Assembly (NCBI RefSeq): GCF_009905725.1
Contig: NZ_JAAAKV010000003.1
Span: 88,808 to 152,807, forward strand
DNA: 64,000 nt
Source of the DNA: Emticicia sp. CRIBPO
GTDB lineage: Bacteria; Bacteroidota; Bacteroidia; Cytophagales; Spirosomataceae
Direction: 5' to 3'
Notes under the pieces: generated by a model
Told to the model about the DNA's origin: nothing
The model's database searches: none
The model's input: the letters and a program-made list of their open reading frames with translations, nothing else
Position numbers and translations under genes: made by a program
Shown here: positions 1 to 9,031 of the stretch, in pieces
Position numbering within the stretch: position 1 is the first letter of the stretch
How the letters are laid out: every line of letters begins with the position of its first letter

Positions 1-695
1 CAGGTGAACTGAAGACCTGTTTGCCTGAGCTGACAGATGGGGGAGAGGGAATGATTTTGAAGAACATTTATCACCCGCTCATTGAAGACTGTGTGACGAA
101 TGATCTTAATATCACGGAGAAAAGTATACTGATCACAGGCTCGAACATGTCCGGTAAATCGACTTTCCTGAGGACTTTGTGTATTAACTCCGTTTTGGCA
201 CAGACCATTTACACCTGCTTCGGTGAGCTGTTTGTATCGCCTGTGCTGAAGCAATATTCTTCGATCAGGATAGATGATGATCTGTTTGAAGGAAAGAGTT
301 ATTATTTTGAAGAAGTGAGGATCATGGGTACGCTGATTGCAGAAGTGGAGACGCCTTTTCAGAACCTGTTTGTGTTAGATGAGGTTTTTAAGGGCACGAA
401 TACGGTGGAGAGGATCGCCTCTGCCAAAGCCATCCTTTCTTATCTGAACCGAAAAAACAACATCGCCATTGTGGCTACGCATGATATCGAGCTGTCTGAT
501 ATGCTCAAAGACGAGTATGAACTCTATCATTTTACAGAAATGATCGAAGAAGAAGAACTGATCTTCGACCACAAAATCAAACCCGGCCCGCTCAAAACCC
601 GCAACGCTATCCGCCTCCTCGAACTCTCCAACTATCCCGCGGAGATCATCAGAGAAGCAAAGGAGATTTTACAGGGTGGGAAAAAGTTTTTGTAG
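1..695 (+). CDS. MutS-family ATPase domain protein, C-terminal part (gene continues upstream of the window)
   Basis: The reading frame is open back to the window edge. It carries a Walker A motif GSNMSGKST and a MutS domain V-like motif DEVFKGTNT followed by ATHD. Confidence 0.7.
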   Translation, partial: GELKTCLPELTDGGEGMILKNIYHPLIEDCVTNDLNITEKSILITGSNMSGKSTFLRTLCINSVLAQTIYTCFGELFVSPVLKQYSSIRIDDDLFEGKSYYFEEVRIMGTLIAEVETPFQNLFVLDEVFKGTNTVERIASAKAILSYLNRKNNIAIVATHDIELSDMLKDEYELYHFTEMIEEEELIFDHKIKPGPLKTRNAIRLLELSNYPAEIIREAKEILQGGKKFL

Positions 696-905
696 AAGTC
701 GACGCAAACGAATCGTGCCTTCGCGTCTTGGTGTCCTCTTATTCGTCGAAGATAGCCACGAGGGCACAAAGACACGGTTTATTTTTGAATGACTTAAAAT
801 TGACTAGTGAAAGTCGAAGCAAACGAACCGTGACTTCGTGTCTTTGTGGCCTCTTATTCGTAGAAGACAGCCACAACGTCACAAAGGCACAGTTTTATTT
901 TTTAG
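696..905. repeat. Tandem duplication of a ~115-bp unit (696-810 and 811-~905). Each unit has internal dyad symmetry and ends in a T-run. It sits between convergent genes and looks like a pair of terminators.
   Basis: Direct alignment of the two units (aagtcgacgcaaacgaatcgtgccttcgcgtctt... and aagtcgaagcaaacgaaccgtgacttcgtgtctt...). Both end with ggcacaaag(a/g)cac(g/a)gtttattttt. Confidence 0.6.
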
Positions 906-2058
906 CGAGTACGATCAGAAGAGCTATAATCCCTATTATGGCATAACAAATCACCATATTCTGTACCCCGGTTTTCAGCTGGTTGCTGATCAGGGTGCCG
1001 ACGCCGGAGCCGATAAAGAAAAAGGAGGTGCCGTAAATGGCGGAGGCCATCCCGGCGTTGTCGCCCAGTTGCTCGAGGGCCAGGGCACTGCTGTTGGGTT
1101 CAATGGTGACGTTGATGGCCGTTAATAAAACCGCAAAACCCAGGAAAACGGGTAAACCCGGCACACCGCCCGAAACCAGCGTAACGGCCAGGAACACCAT
1201 GCTGATCAGAAAATAACTGATGACCAGTCCTTTCAGGGTTTTGAATGCCCCGAACCGTACCGACAGTTTTGAATTCATGAAGGTAAAGATCGCCATGATC
1301 ACCCCCGTACCCGCGAATATCCAGGTAAAGAGGGCAGGTTGCTGGTAAATAACCCCGATGATAAACTCCGAACTGGCAATGTAAGCACTGAAAACGGTGA
1401 ATAAAATGGTGGTAAGCAGGGTATACCGGATAAATGTCGTATTCTGAAGTATCTGCCGGGCAGAAGTGAGGAGGTTATAAGCAGCGACGTCTGTTTCCTT
1501 CTTTTTCAGTGATTCTTTCAGCCTAAACGACCACAGCAAAATAAATACCGCCAGCAGGGAAGGCGTGAAAAACACCATCCGCCAGTCGGACAAATGTAAA
1601 ATAAAAGCACCAAGAAAAGGGGCCAGGATAGGCGTGAACAAGAAGAGCGTAAAGACCAGTGACATAATGCTCGCCATCTGGTCGCCCGCGTAACGGTCAC
1701 GCACACCCGCAATAGAAGTGGTGAAAATGGCCGAGGCCCCCATGCCCGAAAAGAACCGCAATATAAAGATCACTGTCATACTCTCCGAAAAAGCCGCCGC
1801 TGCACCCGCGAAGATGTAAATAAAGAAGCCCAATCGCATAATTGGTAGTCTTCCGTAGCGGTCCGACAAAGGCCCGAAAAGCAACTGCCCAATCTGTCCC
1901 ATAAAGAAAAAGCTGATGATCTGTGCCGCTTCTGTAGAATCGCTGCCGAGGTGGAAATGATTGCGGATGTCGCCCAAAGCAGGCAGCATGATGTCAATAC
2001 CCACCGCCGTCATGAGCATGGCAGAGGCGGTGAAGGCGATGTATTCTCTGGTTTTCAA
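895..2058 (-). CDS. MFS multidrug efflux transporter, Bcr/CflA family
   Basis: A 387-aa polytopic membrane protein. The motif GPLSDRYGRLPIMRLG and the 12-TM pattern are typical of Bcr/CflA drug:H+ antiporters. Confidence 0.85.
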   Translation of the reverse strand: MKTREYIAFTASAMLMTAVGIDIMLPALGDIRNHFHLGSDSTEAAQIISFFFMGQIGQLLFGPLSDRYGRLPIMRLGFFIYIFAGAAAAFSESMTVIFILRFFSGMGASAIFTTSIAGVRDRYAGDQMASIMSLVFTLFLFTPILAPFLGAFILHLSDWRMVFFTPSLLAVFILLWSFRLKESLKKKETDVAAYNLLTSARQILQNTTFIRYTLLTTILFTVFSAYIASSEFIIGVIYQQPALFTWIFAGTGVIMAIFTFMNSKLSVRFGAFKTLKGLVISYFLISMVFLAVTLVSGGVPGLPVFLGFAVLLTAINVTIEPNSSALALEQLGDNAGMASAIYGTSFFFIGSGVGTLISNQLKTGVQNMVICYAIIGIIALLIVLAKK

Positions 2059-2242
2059 GGGGTATCTGCTATTAAATAAATCGGGTTACAAGGTAAGAAT
2101 GTAATTTGAAGGGAAAAGGTTTGGGGGCGGGGAGATTTTTAGGGGGGATTTGTTTAATTGTTTGGGATTCGTTTATATATTGGTGGGCTGGATTGGTTTT
2201 GCAGGAATTTTAATACAGACAAGAATCAACGCATAAGCAAAA

Positions 2243-4210
2243 ATGATAAAAGAAAGTAAAATCAAAAAACTGAAGGATGAAAAAATCATTACATTACTTG
2301 ATCAGGAGTTGAGTATATTCGAATTTAAGTATCAAAAGTCAAAGGATCACTTTGTGCGAAAAGAGAATGGGTTTGATCAAATCATCAGTGTTTATGTACC
2401 TTCTTCGCCCTTTATTTATGATGAAAAATCAGAAAAGCTATATTTAACCTTTAAAGTGTTCTTCCGATTAGAAATGCCTGAATATGAAAACTGGTATTTA
2501 GAAGAATTCGGAGAAAAGATTCGCCTTTCATTTTTAATGGAAAACGTGACTTCTCAAATAGAACTTTCAATAAATGATTTTGACGCAGAGAGCTTTTACG
2601 AGCCTACTGCTTCGCAACAATTTAAAAACAATGTCAGCAGGTGGATTGCGAGAGGTGGTGATCAGGACGAAGTTTTAACCAACTTCAACGATTTTTTAAA
2701 AAATCGTATTCCTGACCTGAGTTTAAACCTGTCAGAGAATTCGGATATTTTAAAAATATATAATAAGAGCAAATTTCCTTTTGAATACACTTTTTTGTTG
2801 GTTTATGGTGGGTATTTAGCTAAAGCAGAAGAAGAATTTGGAAAGTACTACCATTATTTATTAAATAGAATTGAAAGTCAATTAAAAGAATCAGAAACTG
2901 AAACAATTGAACTTATTCAAGAATTGAATGAGCTGATTAAAAAGATTCAAAAGACGTCAAACTTGTCATTAACAAACCCTTTTAACCGTTCCATAAAGCT
3001 CTTGGTTTCAAAAAATGATACGTTTGACTTTTCTCAAAAAACGCATTTTATAGAGGTACTTCGACTTGATATTTCGCAATTTGATATTAAATCCATTAAC
3101 ATCAATTCTTTAGGTGATGTTTTAGTCTACACCAGGGATCAAAAAATAATCAAGCTGAATTCAAAAGCTGAGATATTGTTAGAAACGGAAATTGAACTCA
3201 GAAAAGGGTTTGACAAGATTTTTTGGGAAGTTCCGTCAGGGGTTATAAATGAAATATCTGCATTTTATGTGAATAATTTTATAATCACAAGTGATAACAA
3301 AATATTGGAGCTGAGTTTACCAAGCCAAAAGCTCAAGAAAGGGAAGTTACAAAATCCACATATTAATGACTTGAAGTATTGGCCAAAGGAGAATAAATAT
3401 CTGATTGTTTATGAAGATAATTTTTTGTTGTATAATACAGATGGGCAATTGGAAAAAAGCATTAACGTCGGTGAAAAATATGGTAGCCGCATCATAATTG
3501 AGAAAGAATGGATTCTTACACAAAAGAAAGGTGCTGCCAATGTCATTTTGAATTTTGATGGAAAAATTGTTGCGACTTATGAATTTGCTACCGGGAATAG
3601 GTATTTCGATTTCTCTTCGAACTATGAGTATCTGATATGCTTTTGTTACTCTACTAAATCTCAGTTTTATAATTTGATTAGTGATAAGAAAGAGACTTTA
3701 TGGGCACATCCAACCTTTTTTAAGGACTATATTGGGAAAATGTACAACGACATTGAAAACAATTTTGGAATGGGAATAGCGAAGTTTTCCCCGGATAATA
3801 AATATATAGTAGGAGGTGCGTATCATGGAAAGTATGTTGCCTGGTTGTTGCCGAAACTGGAAAGGGTTGAGCTTATTCCGAAGCCTGAGATGATAGACTT
3901 GCTTGAGCCACATGTTTCAACTATTTTTTTTGAAGAAGGAAAGAACGAGATTGTCACAAAAGCTGAGTTGGTTAATTTAGGGAATCAAACTTTTTTTAAA
4001 AACAGAGGGAATAATATTTCGAAGGTTTTCTTCTTTGAAAACGGAGATACTTTTGTGACGGAAATTGATTATGGCAAGTTTGTTCTTTCGTGGGATAGAA
4101 ATTTTAACAATTTGACATTCAAAAGAATAGAAGGAAAACTGGACTTACACTCTGAAAAGTATTTGACACAAACAACGAAAGAAGAGTTGGTGATTTATAG
4201 GCCAGAATAA
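2243..4210 (+). CDS. Hypothetical protein (655 aa), AT-rich orphan gene
   Basis: A long ORF with strongly reduced GC compared with its flanks. Lys/Asn/Ile-rich, with no domain I can recognise. It is followed by an AT-rich spacer. Confidence 0.55.
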   Translation: MIKESKIKKLKDEKIITLLDQELSIFEFKYQKSKDHFVRKENGFDQIISVYVPSSPFIYDEKSEKLYLTFKVFFRLEMPEYENWYLEEFGEKIRLSFLMENVTSQIELSINDFDAESFYEPTASQQFKNNVSRWIARGGDQDEVLTNFNDFLKNRIPDLSLNLSENSDILKIYNKSKFPFEYTFLLVYGGYLAKAEEEFGKYYHYLLNRIESQLKESETETIELIQELNELIKKIQKTSNLSLTNPFNRSIKLLVSKNDTFDFSQKTHFIEVLRLDISQFDIKSININSLGDVLVYTRDQKIIKLNSKAEILLETEIELRKGFDKIFWEVPSGVINEISAFYVNNFIITSDNKILELSLPSQKLKKGKLQNPHINDLKYWPKENKYLIVYEDNFLLYNTDGQLEKSINVGEKYGSRIIIEKEWILTQKKGAANVILNFDGKIVATYEFATGNRYFDFSSNYEYLICFCYSTKSQFYNLISDKKETLWAHPTFFKDYIGKMYNDIENNFGMGIAKFSPDNKYIVGGAYHGKYVAWLLPKLERVELIPKPEMIDLLEPHVSTIFFEEGKNEIVTKAELVNLGNQTFFKNRGNNISKVFFFENGDTFVTEIDYGKFVLSWDRNFNNLTFKRIEGKLDLHSEKYLTQTTKEELVIYRPE

Positions 4211-4441
4211 TTCTTTTCAAGAGATCAGAAAATCAAATAAATACCAGCATCTTTTTCGTAGGTATTCGATGTAGTAATAAAAATTAATACTCTTCTTATC
4301 ATGATCTATTATTGAGCAGCATTTAATGTGAGAATTAAATCCTGTTAATCCTGTCTATAATTCTGCAAAGCCCCAACAAATTTCCCTAATCTTGTAAGTT
4401 TCTACGCCCGTCCGGGTACTAATGAAATAAACAAGTTCAAA

Positions 4442-4939
4442 TTGACGGAAAAAGGACAGCAACATATTTTCGAGCAATGGCTGAGTCAGCATAAAGCACT
4501 GGTCTTTAAGGTCGTGAGGGCATATGCTTTTACGGCGATGGACCAGGATGACCTCTTCCAGGAAATCAGCATACAGGTATGGCGTTCCGTTACTGCTTTC
4601 CGGCAGGAGTCGTCTGTCACGACCTGGCTGTACAGGATTGCCCTCAATACGGCCATAAAATGGGTCAGGAAAGAACGGAAACACCAGCAGGATGGCAACC
4701 TGGAGGAGGTAGAGCATGTGTTACAGGAAAACAAAATGCCTGTTGACGAACGCCTGGTGTGGCTTTACGAGGAGATTTCCAGGCTGGATGAAATCGACCG
4801 CTCTGTGACCTTGCTGATGCTGGACAACTTCAGCTACAAGGAAATGGCGGATATCCTGGGCATTACCGAGTCAAACGTGGGGGTGAAGATCAACCGCATC
4901 AAAAAACATCTTATTTCAAAATCAAAAAAGTACAGTTAA
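4442..4939 (+). CDS. RNA polymerase ECF-type sigma-70 factor
   Basis: Sigma70 region 2 (LFQEISIQVWR...TWLYRIALNTAI) and region 4 HTH (YKEMADILGITESNVGVKINRIKKHL). Confidence 0.85.
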   Translation: MTEKGQQHIFEQWLSQHKALVFKVVRAYAFTAMDQDDLFQEISIQVWRSVTAFRQESSVTTWLYRIALNTAIKWVRKERKHQQDGNLEEVEHVLQENKMPVDERLVWLYEEISRLDEIDRSVTLLMLDNFSYKEMADILGITESNVGVKINRIKKHLISKSKKYS

Positions 4940-4941
4940 AA

Positions 4942-5511
4942 ATGGAATTTGACGACATGAAAAAAATCTGGGACACCCAAAACAACGAGCCGCTTTACGC
5001 GGTCAATGAAACGGCATTGCACCACCGCATCCTTTCCAAAAAGAGGAAGGGTTTTCATATCACGAATATCAGCGAATGGCTGTCGGTGCTGGTTTATGGA
5101 GGCACAGCCTGTTTTATCTTTGGGGTGAATTTCTACAAACAAAGCGGGAATGTCTGGATGTATGTGCTGGCCGCATGGATGCTGGGCAGTGCTTTGTATA
5201 CCCTTGTGAGCCGTATCCGCAGGATCAGGGGGGAGCGGCAGTTTGACCGCACGATGAACGGTGACCTGGCCCATGCCATTTCGGTGGCGGCTTACCAGGT
5301 GCGGCTTTCGTTCCTGATGCGTTGGAATATCCTGCCAATGGGTTTACTGACGGTACTGAGTGTTCTCGACAATGGAAAATCGGTCTGGGTGGCGGTTGGC
5401 GTACTGGTATTTTTTGTAATAAGTTATTACGCAGGCGGCTGGGAGCATAATATTTATAAAAACAGGAAGCATGAGCTGGAGGTGTTGCAAAATAAGCTGG
5501 AGAGCTGTTAG
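4942..5511 (+). CDS. Membrane protein, putative anti-sigma factor partner of the upstream ECF sigma
   Basis: Starts 3 bp after the sigma gene stop. Contains several predicted TM helices. The classification is contextual only. Confidence 0.45.
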   Translation: MEFDDMKKIWDTQNNEPLYAVNETALHHRILSKKRKGFHITNISEWLSVLVYGGTACFIFGVNFYKQSGNVWMYVLAAWMLGSALYTLVSRIRRIRGERQFDRTMNGDLAHAISVAAYQVRLSFLMRWNILPMGLLTVLSVLDNGKSVWVAVGVLVFFVISYYAGGWEHNIYKNRKHELEVLQNKLESC

Positions 5512-5605
5512 CTGTTAACCATTGGCTTTTAGCTGTTTTTAGTATGTTACCTGTTGATTATCAGTGTGATAATATTAAATAGTAGTCTCTTAGTGGTGGA
5601 TCGGC

Positions 5606-6010
5606 TTAGGATGCGATTTTGTCTTTTTCCATGATGATATTTCGGTGTTCCTGGCCCCAGTTGTAGAGTTCGTGGAGGAGTTTGTCAAGGGATTTCCCAT
5701 GCGGGGTGATGGAGTATTCGACCGTAGGGGGGAAAGTGTCGAAGACTTCCCTTTTGATCAGCTTGTTCATTTCCAGGGCTTTTAGTTCTTTCGAAAGCAT
5801 CTTGTCTGTAATGCCGTAAACTTCCTTTGATATCTGTTTGAAACGTTTGTTGCCCATAGACAGACTGAGCATGATCAGGAGTTTCCAGCGGCCCTCCAGG
5901 GCTTCCAGGGCATCTTTCATGGCTAATATATTGAACGGACATCCTTCTCCTGCCAACATGGTTTCTTTTAATTTAACTGCGTTACTATCTTTCCGGATAG
6001 TGCTATCCAA
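5606..6010 (-). CDS. HxlR-family winged-helix transcriptional regulator
   Basis: CPFN...LEALEGRWKLLIMLSL...FKQISKEV...ITDKMLSKELKALE is the canonical HxlR/MarR-like HTH. Confidence 0.8.
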   Translation of the reverse strand: MDSTIRKDSNAVKLKETMLAGEGCPFNILAMKDALEALEGRWKLLIMLSLSMGNKRFKQISKEVYGITDKMLSKELKALEMNKLIKREVFDTFPPTVEYSITPHGKSLDKLLHELYNWGQEHRNIIMEKDKIAS

Positions 6011-6036
6011 AGAGATAGTACTATATCATGGATAGT
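5985..6036. promoter_or_regulatory. Three consecutive CTATC-N6-GATAG dyads in the HxlR/DoxX divergent intergenic region. Candidate HxlR operators.
   Basis: CTATCtttccgGATAG, CTATCcaaagaGATAG and ACTATatcatgGATAGT, read directly from the sequence. Confidence 0.35.
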
Positions 6037-6081
6037 AAAGATAGATAGTTTTGTGTCATCATTCAAAAAAATAACAAAACA

Positions 6082-6441
6082 ATGAAAGCAAAACGCATTA
6101 TTCCCATCATCCTGACAGGTATTCCGGCACTGGTGCTGATCATAGGAGGAGTTTCAAAAATCATCGGCACAGAACCGGAACCCGTCGTGGAATTCCTGAC
6201 CAGGCTGGGCTTCAGGGAGTATTTCATCCCCATAGGTATCATAAGTTTAGTCATCGCAGGCCTCCTGTTATATCCCAAAACCACCAGGATCGGATTTTTA
6301 TCTGCCATCTGTTATTTCAGCGGAGCTTTATCCCTCGAAATCGCCGGGAAACAGCCCGTCGTTTCTGTTGTCTTTCTGATACTGCTTTGGACAGGGATGT
6401 TTTTAAAAGATAAGGGAATGTTTCTTCCATCTGAAAAATAA
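6082..6441 (+). CDS. DoxX-family small membrane protein
   Basis: 119 aa with 3-4 TM helices, divergent from an HxlR regulator. The HxlR-DoxX pairing is typical. Confidence 0.6.
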   Translation: MKAKRIIPIILTGIPALVLIIGGVSKIIGTEPEPVVEFLTRLGFREYFIPIGIISLVIAGLLLYPKTTRIGFLSAICYFSGALSLEIAGKQPVVSVVFLILLWTGMFLKDKGMFLPSEK

Positions 6442-6707
6442 CGGCTTTGAGGCCCGCAGCCTATGTGAAGATGGGTAGTCCAGTAGGGACGTTACATCGG
6501 TAGAAAAGAAATGTATCATAAGAATAAAATCCCGTAGGCCCGCCCGGCGTGACCACCAGGGCGGACGGGGATGACATATTCACGGCGATAAAAATGTTGT
6601 CCCTTGAGAATTGTATTTACACCGATTTACATTCAATTTACACTGATTTTACAAAACACCGGATCCGGGAATCTACATTTGGGCATCTTTGAATAACATT
6701 TAAACAG

Positions 6708-7868
6708 ATGAATGAGATGGGCCGGATGATGATTTTTATTTTGATGTGTTTGTGTTTTACCGCCTGCCACGGGCAAAAGGAGACCGGATCTAATGAACTA
6801 CTGGGGCATCCTAAAGTGGTGAAACCTTTTGGTACCCATCCGTACACCAACATCCGGTGCAGCATACAGGACAGAAAAGGAAACCTGTGGTTTGGTACGA
6901 CCGGTGCCGGGGTGTACCGGTATGACGGCAAGATTTTTACCAATTTTACCCAAAAAGACGGCCTCAGTCATGATGTGGTGTATTGTATCCTGGAAGACAA
7001 GGCCGGGAATATCTGGTTTGGGACGAAGGATGGTGTCTGCCGCTTTGACGAGAAAAAACGACCTTCGGGGAAAGCCGGGTTCATCCGTTTGCCTTTGCCT
7101 GAAATCGATGACGATCATAATTATTTTGTGTCGCTTAAAAATGATGCCCCGGTTCGTTATGCCTTTGACCGGAAATCGGTTTTCAGTATGGCCGAGGATA
7201 AAGCCGGGAACATCTGGATGGGCACCGGTAACGCGGGTTTGTTCCGTTTCGACGGGGTGAATTTTATCAATTATAAAAATTACAACGGCACCTGGGAGGT
7301 CGCTAACAAGGACAGTGTCAACAGGGGCCATTGTTTTTATCATATCCTGATCCAGAGTGTTGCGGCAGACCGGAAAGGAAATGTGTGGTTCAGTGCCCTT
7401 GGTGATCAGAGCGGGGTATACCGTTATGACGGAAAGGCCATTGCCCGTTTCTCTTTTGATAAGCCTATCAAAAGCCTCGTAAGCTGGATCAAAGAAGACA
7501 AAGCCGGGAACATGTGTTTCGGCTCAAGGGATGAGGGTGTTTGCCGCTATGACGGCAAGACGTTTACGTATTTCACGAGTAAAAATGGTCTTTGCAGTAA
7601 TTTTACGACAGATATGTTGGAAGACAAAAGCGGGAATTTATGGTTCAGTAGCAGTCTCCTGGAAAACGAAGGCCGGACAAAAGGCTGTGTGACCCGCTTT
7701 GATGGGAAGACTTTTAAGCAGGTTTCACTGGAAGGGCTGGGTAATACCTCTGTCTGGACTATGCTGGAAGATAAAAAAGGGTATGTGTGGTTGGGTGCCA
7801 GGAATGTGGGTTTGTACCGTTACGACGGCAAATCATTTACTGATTTTACGGGAGAAACGGCCAGATAA
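6708..7868 (+). CDS. Secreted lipoprotein composed of two-component-regulator propeller (Reg_prop) repeats
   Basis: Signal peptide with lipobox (LMCLCFTACHG). Multiple repeats of the type KGNLWFGT..GVYRYDGK.FT.FT.KDGL. Confidence 0.7.
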   Translation: MNEMGRMMIFILMCLCFTACHGQKETGSNELLGHPKVVKPFGTHPYTNIRCSIQDRKGNLWFGTTGAGVYRYDGKIFTNFTQKDGLSHDVVYCILEDKAGNIWFGTKDGVCRFDEKKRPSGKAGFIRLPLPEIDDDHNYFVSLKNDAPVRYAFDRKSVFSMAEDKAGNIWMGTGNAGLFRFDGVNFINYKNYNGTWEVANKDSVNRGHCFYHILIQSVAADRKGNVWFSALGDQSGVYRYDGKAIARFSFDKPIKSLVSWIKEDKAGNMCFGSRDEGVCRYDGKTFTYFTSKNGLCSNFTTDMLEDKSGNLWFSSSLLENEGRTKGCVTRFDGKTFKQVSLEGLGNTSVWTMLEDKKGYVWLGARNVGLYRYDGKSFTDFTGETAR

Positions 7869-7880
7869 TAAGGATTTTTC

Positions 7881-8969
7881 ATGAATTGTTTTCATAAAGA
7901 CAAGCAAAGGTGGTATCACCTGGTGCTGCCTGTGCTGTTGTGCATCAGCTCCGGTGAAGGGCAGCTTAAATCAGCTCAGAAAAGCGATGCATCCAAAGAA
8001 AAAGCCGGCAGGTTTCCTGTGGTAACTCCCGGAAGTTATGGCATTGAACCGGACCTTTCACTGCAGGTGAGTGAGTATATCCGCCGGATTCTGCAGGATA
8101 AGAAAGGAAACCTCTGGTTTGGAACGAACGATCAGGGTGCGTGCCGGTATGATGGTAAATCCCTGGCTTATTTTACACCCAAAGAAGGCATGGGCGGAGA
8201 GGTGGTGCGAAGTATCATAGAAGACAGAAAAGGAAACCTGTGGTTTGGGACCAATGGGGGTGTCACGAGGTATGACGGTAAAATATTTACCAATTTTACG
8301 ACCAAAGACGGATTGCCTCATAACGAGGTCTGGAGTCTCATTCAGGATAATTCCGGAAACATCTGGGCGGGTACACTGAACGGTGTTTGCCGCTACAACG
8401 GGAAAAAATTTATCGCATTCGCTCTTCCGGAGTCAGGTATTGAAAAACCGTCCTACAGGTTTACACCTGCATTGGTCTGGCACATGACGGCCGATAAAAA
8501 GGGGAATGTCTGGTTGGGTACAGACGGGGCCGGGGTGTACAGATTCAATGAGAAAAATGGCTTTAGGCACTTTTCTGAGAAAGATGGACTGGGCTGCAAC
8601 AACGTCACCCATATCCTGGAGGACCGAAACGGGAACGTTTGGTTTGGGGGCCGCCAGAAAGGCGGATTGAGCCGTTTTGACGGAAAGAAGTTCACGAACT
8701 TCAGCACAAAAGACGGGATGAGCAGCAACGCCGTCTGGTCGATTTTCGAAGACAAGGGCGGGATCCTTTGGTTATCTACGGACGGGATAGACCGTTTTGA
8801 CGGAAAGAAGTTTACCCATATCAATAAAAAAGACGGCCTGATAAACACAGCCGTGCAGAGCATTTTTGAAGACCGGGAAGGCCGGATGTGGTTCGGGACG
8901 GGGGCGGGCTTGTACCGTTTTAATGGCAAGGTTGCTGTCAATGTGACCAAAAAAGGACCCTGGAAGTAG
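7881..8969 (+). CDS. Secreted Reg_prop beta-propeller repeat protein, tandem paralog of the previous gene
   Basis: The same repeat architecture (KGNLWFGTNDQGACRYDGK...). Confidence 0.7.
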   Translation: MNCFHKDKQRWYHLVLPVLLCISSGEGQLKSAQKSDASKEKAGRFPVVTPGSYGIEPDLSLQVSEYIRRILQDKKGNLWFGTNDQGACRYDGKSLAYFTPKEGMGGEVVRSIIEDRKGNLWFGTNGGVTRYDGKIFTNFTTKDGLPHNEVWSLIQDNSGNIWAGTLNGVCRYNGKKFIAFALPESGIEKPSYRFTPALVWHMTADKKGNVWLGTDGAGVYRFNEKNGFRHFSEKDGLGCNNVTHILEDRNGNVWFGGRQKGGLSRFDGKKFTNFSTKDGMSSNAVWSIFEDKGGILWLSTDGIDRFDGKKFTHINKKDGLINTAVQSIFEDREGRMWFGTGAGLYRFNGKVAVNVTKKGPWK

Positions 8970-8987
8970 AATATCTACAAATAAGAT

Positions 8988-9029
8988 CATCGCCCCCTGA
9001 CAAGACCTCGGGTTTATCAGGGGGTGATG
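8988..9029. terminator. Bidirectional stem-loop between convergent genes
   Basis: catcgccccctga ... tcagggggtgatg form an inverted repeat with one mismatch. Confidence 0.4.
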
Positions 9030-9031
9030 GT

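Noticed and set aside
728-1125. ORFs 728-946 and 838-1125 (+)
   Set aside because: They lie within the tandem terminator-like duplication or antisense to the well-supported MFS transporter gene, with no independent support.
6798-7343. ORFs 6798-7343 (-) and 6829-7260 (+) overlapping the first Reg_prop gene
   Set aside because: They are embedded in or antisense to a well-supported repeat-protein gene. Pro/Arg-rich low-complexity translations are typical of spurious frames.
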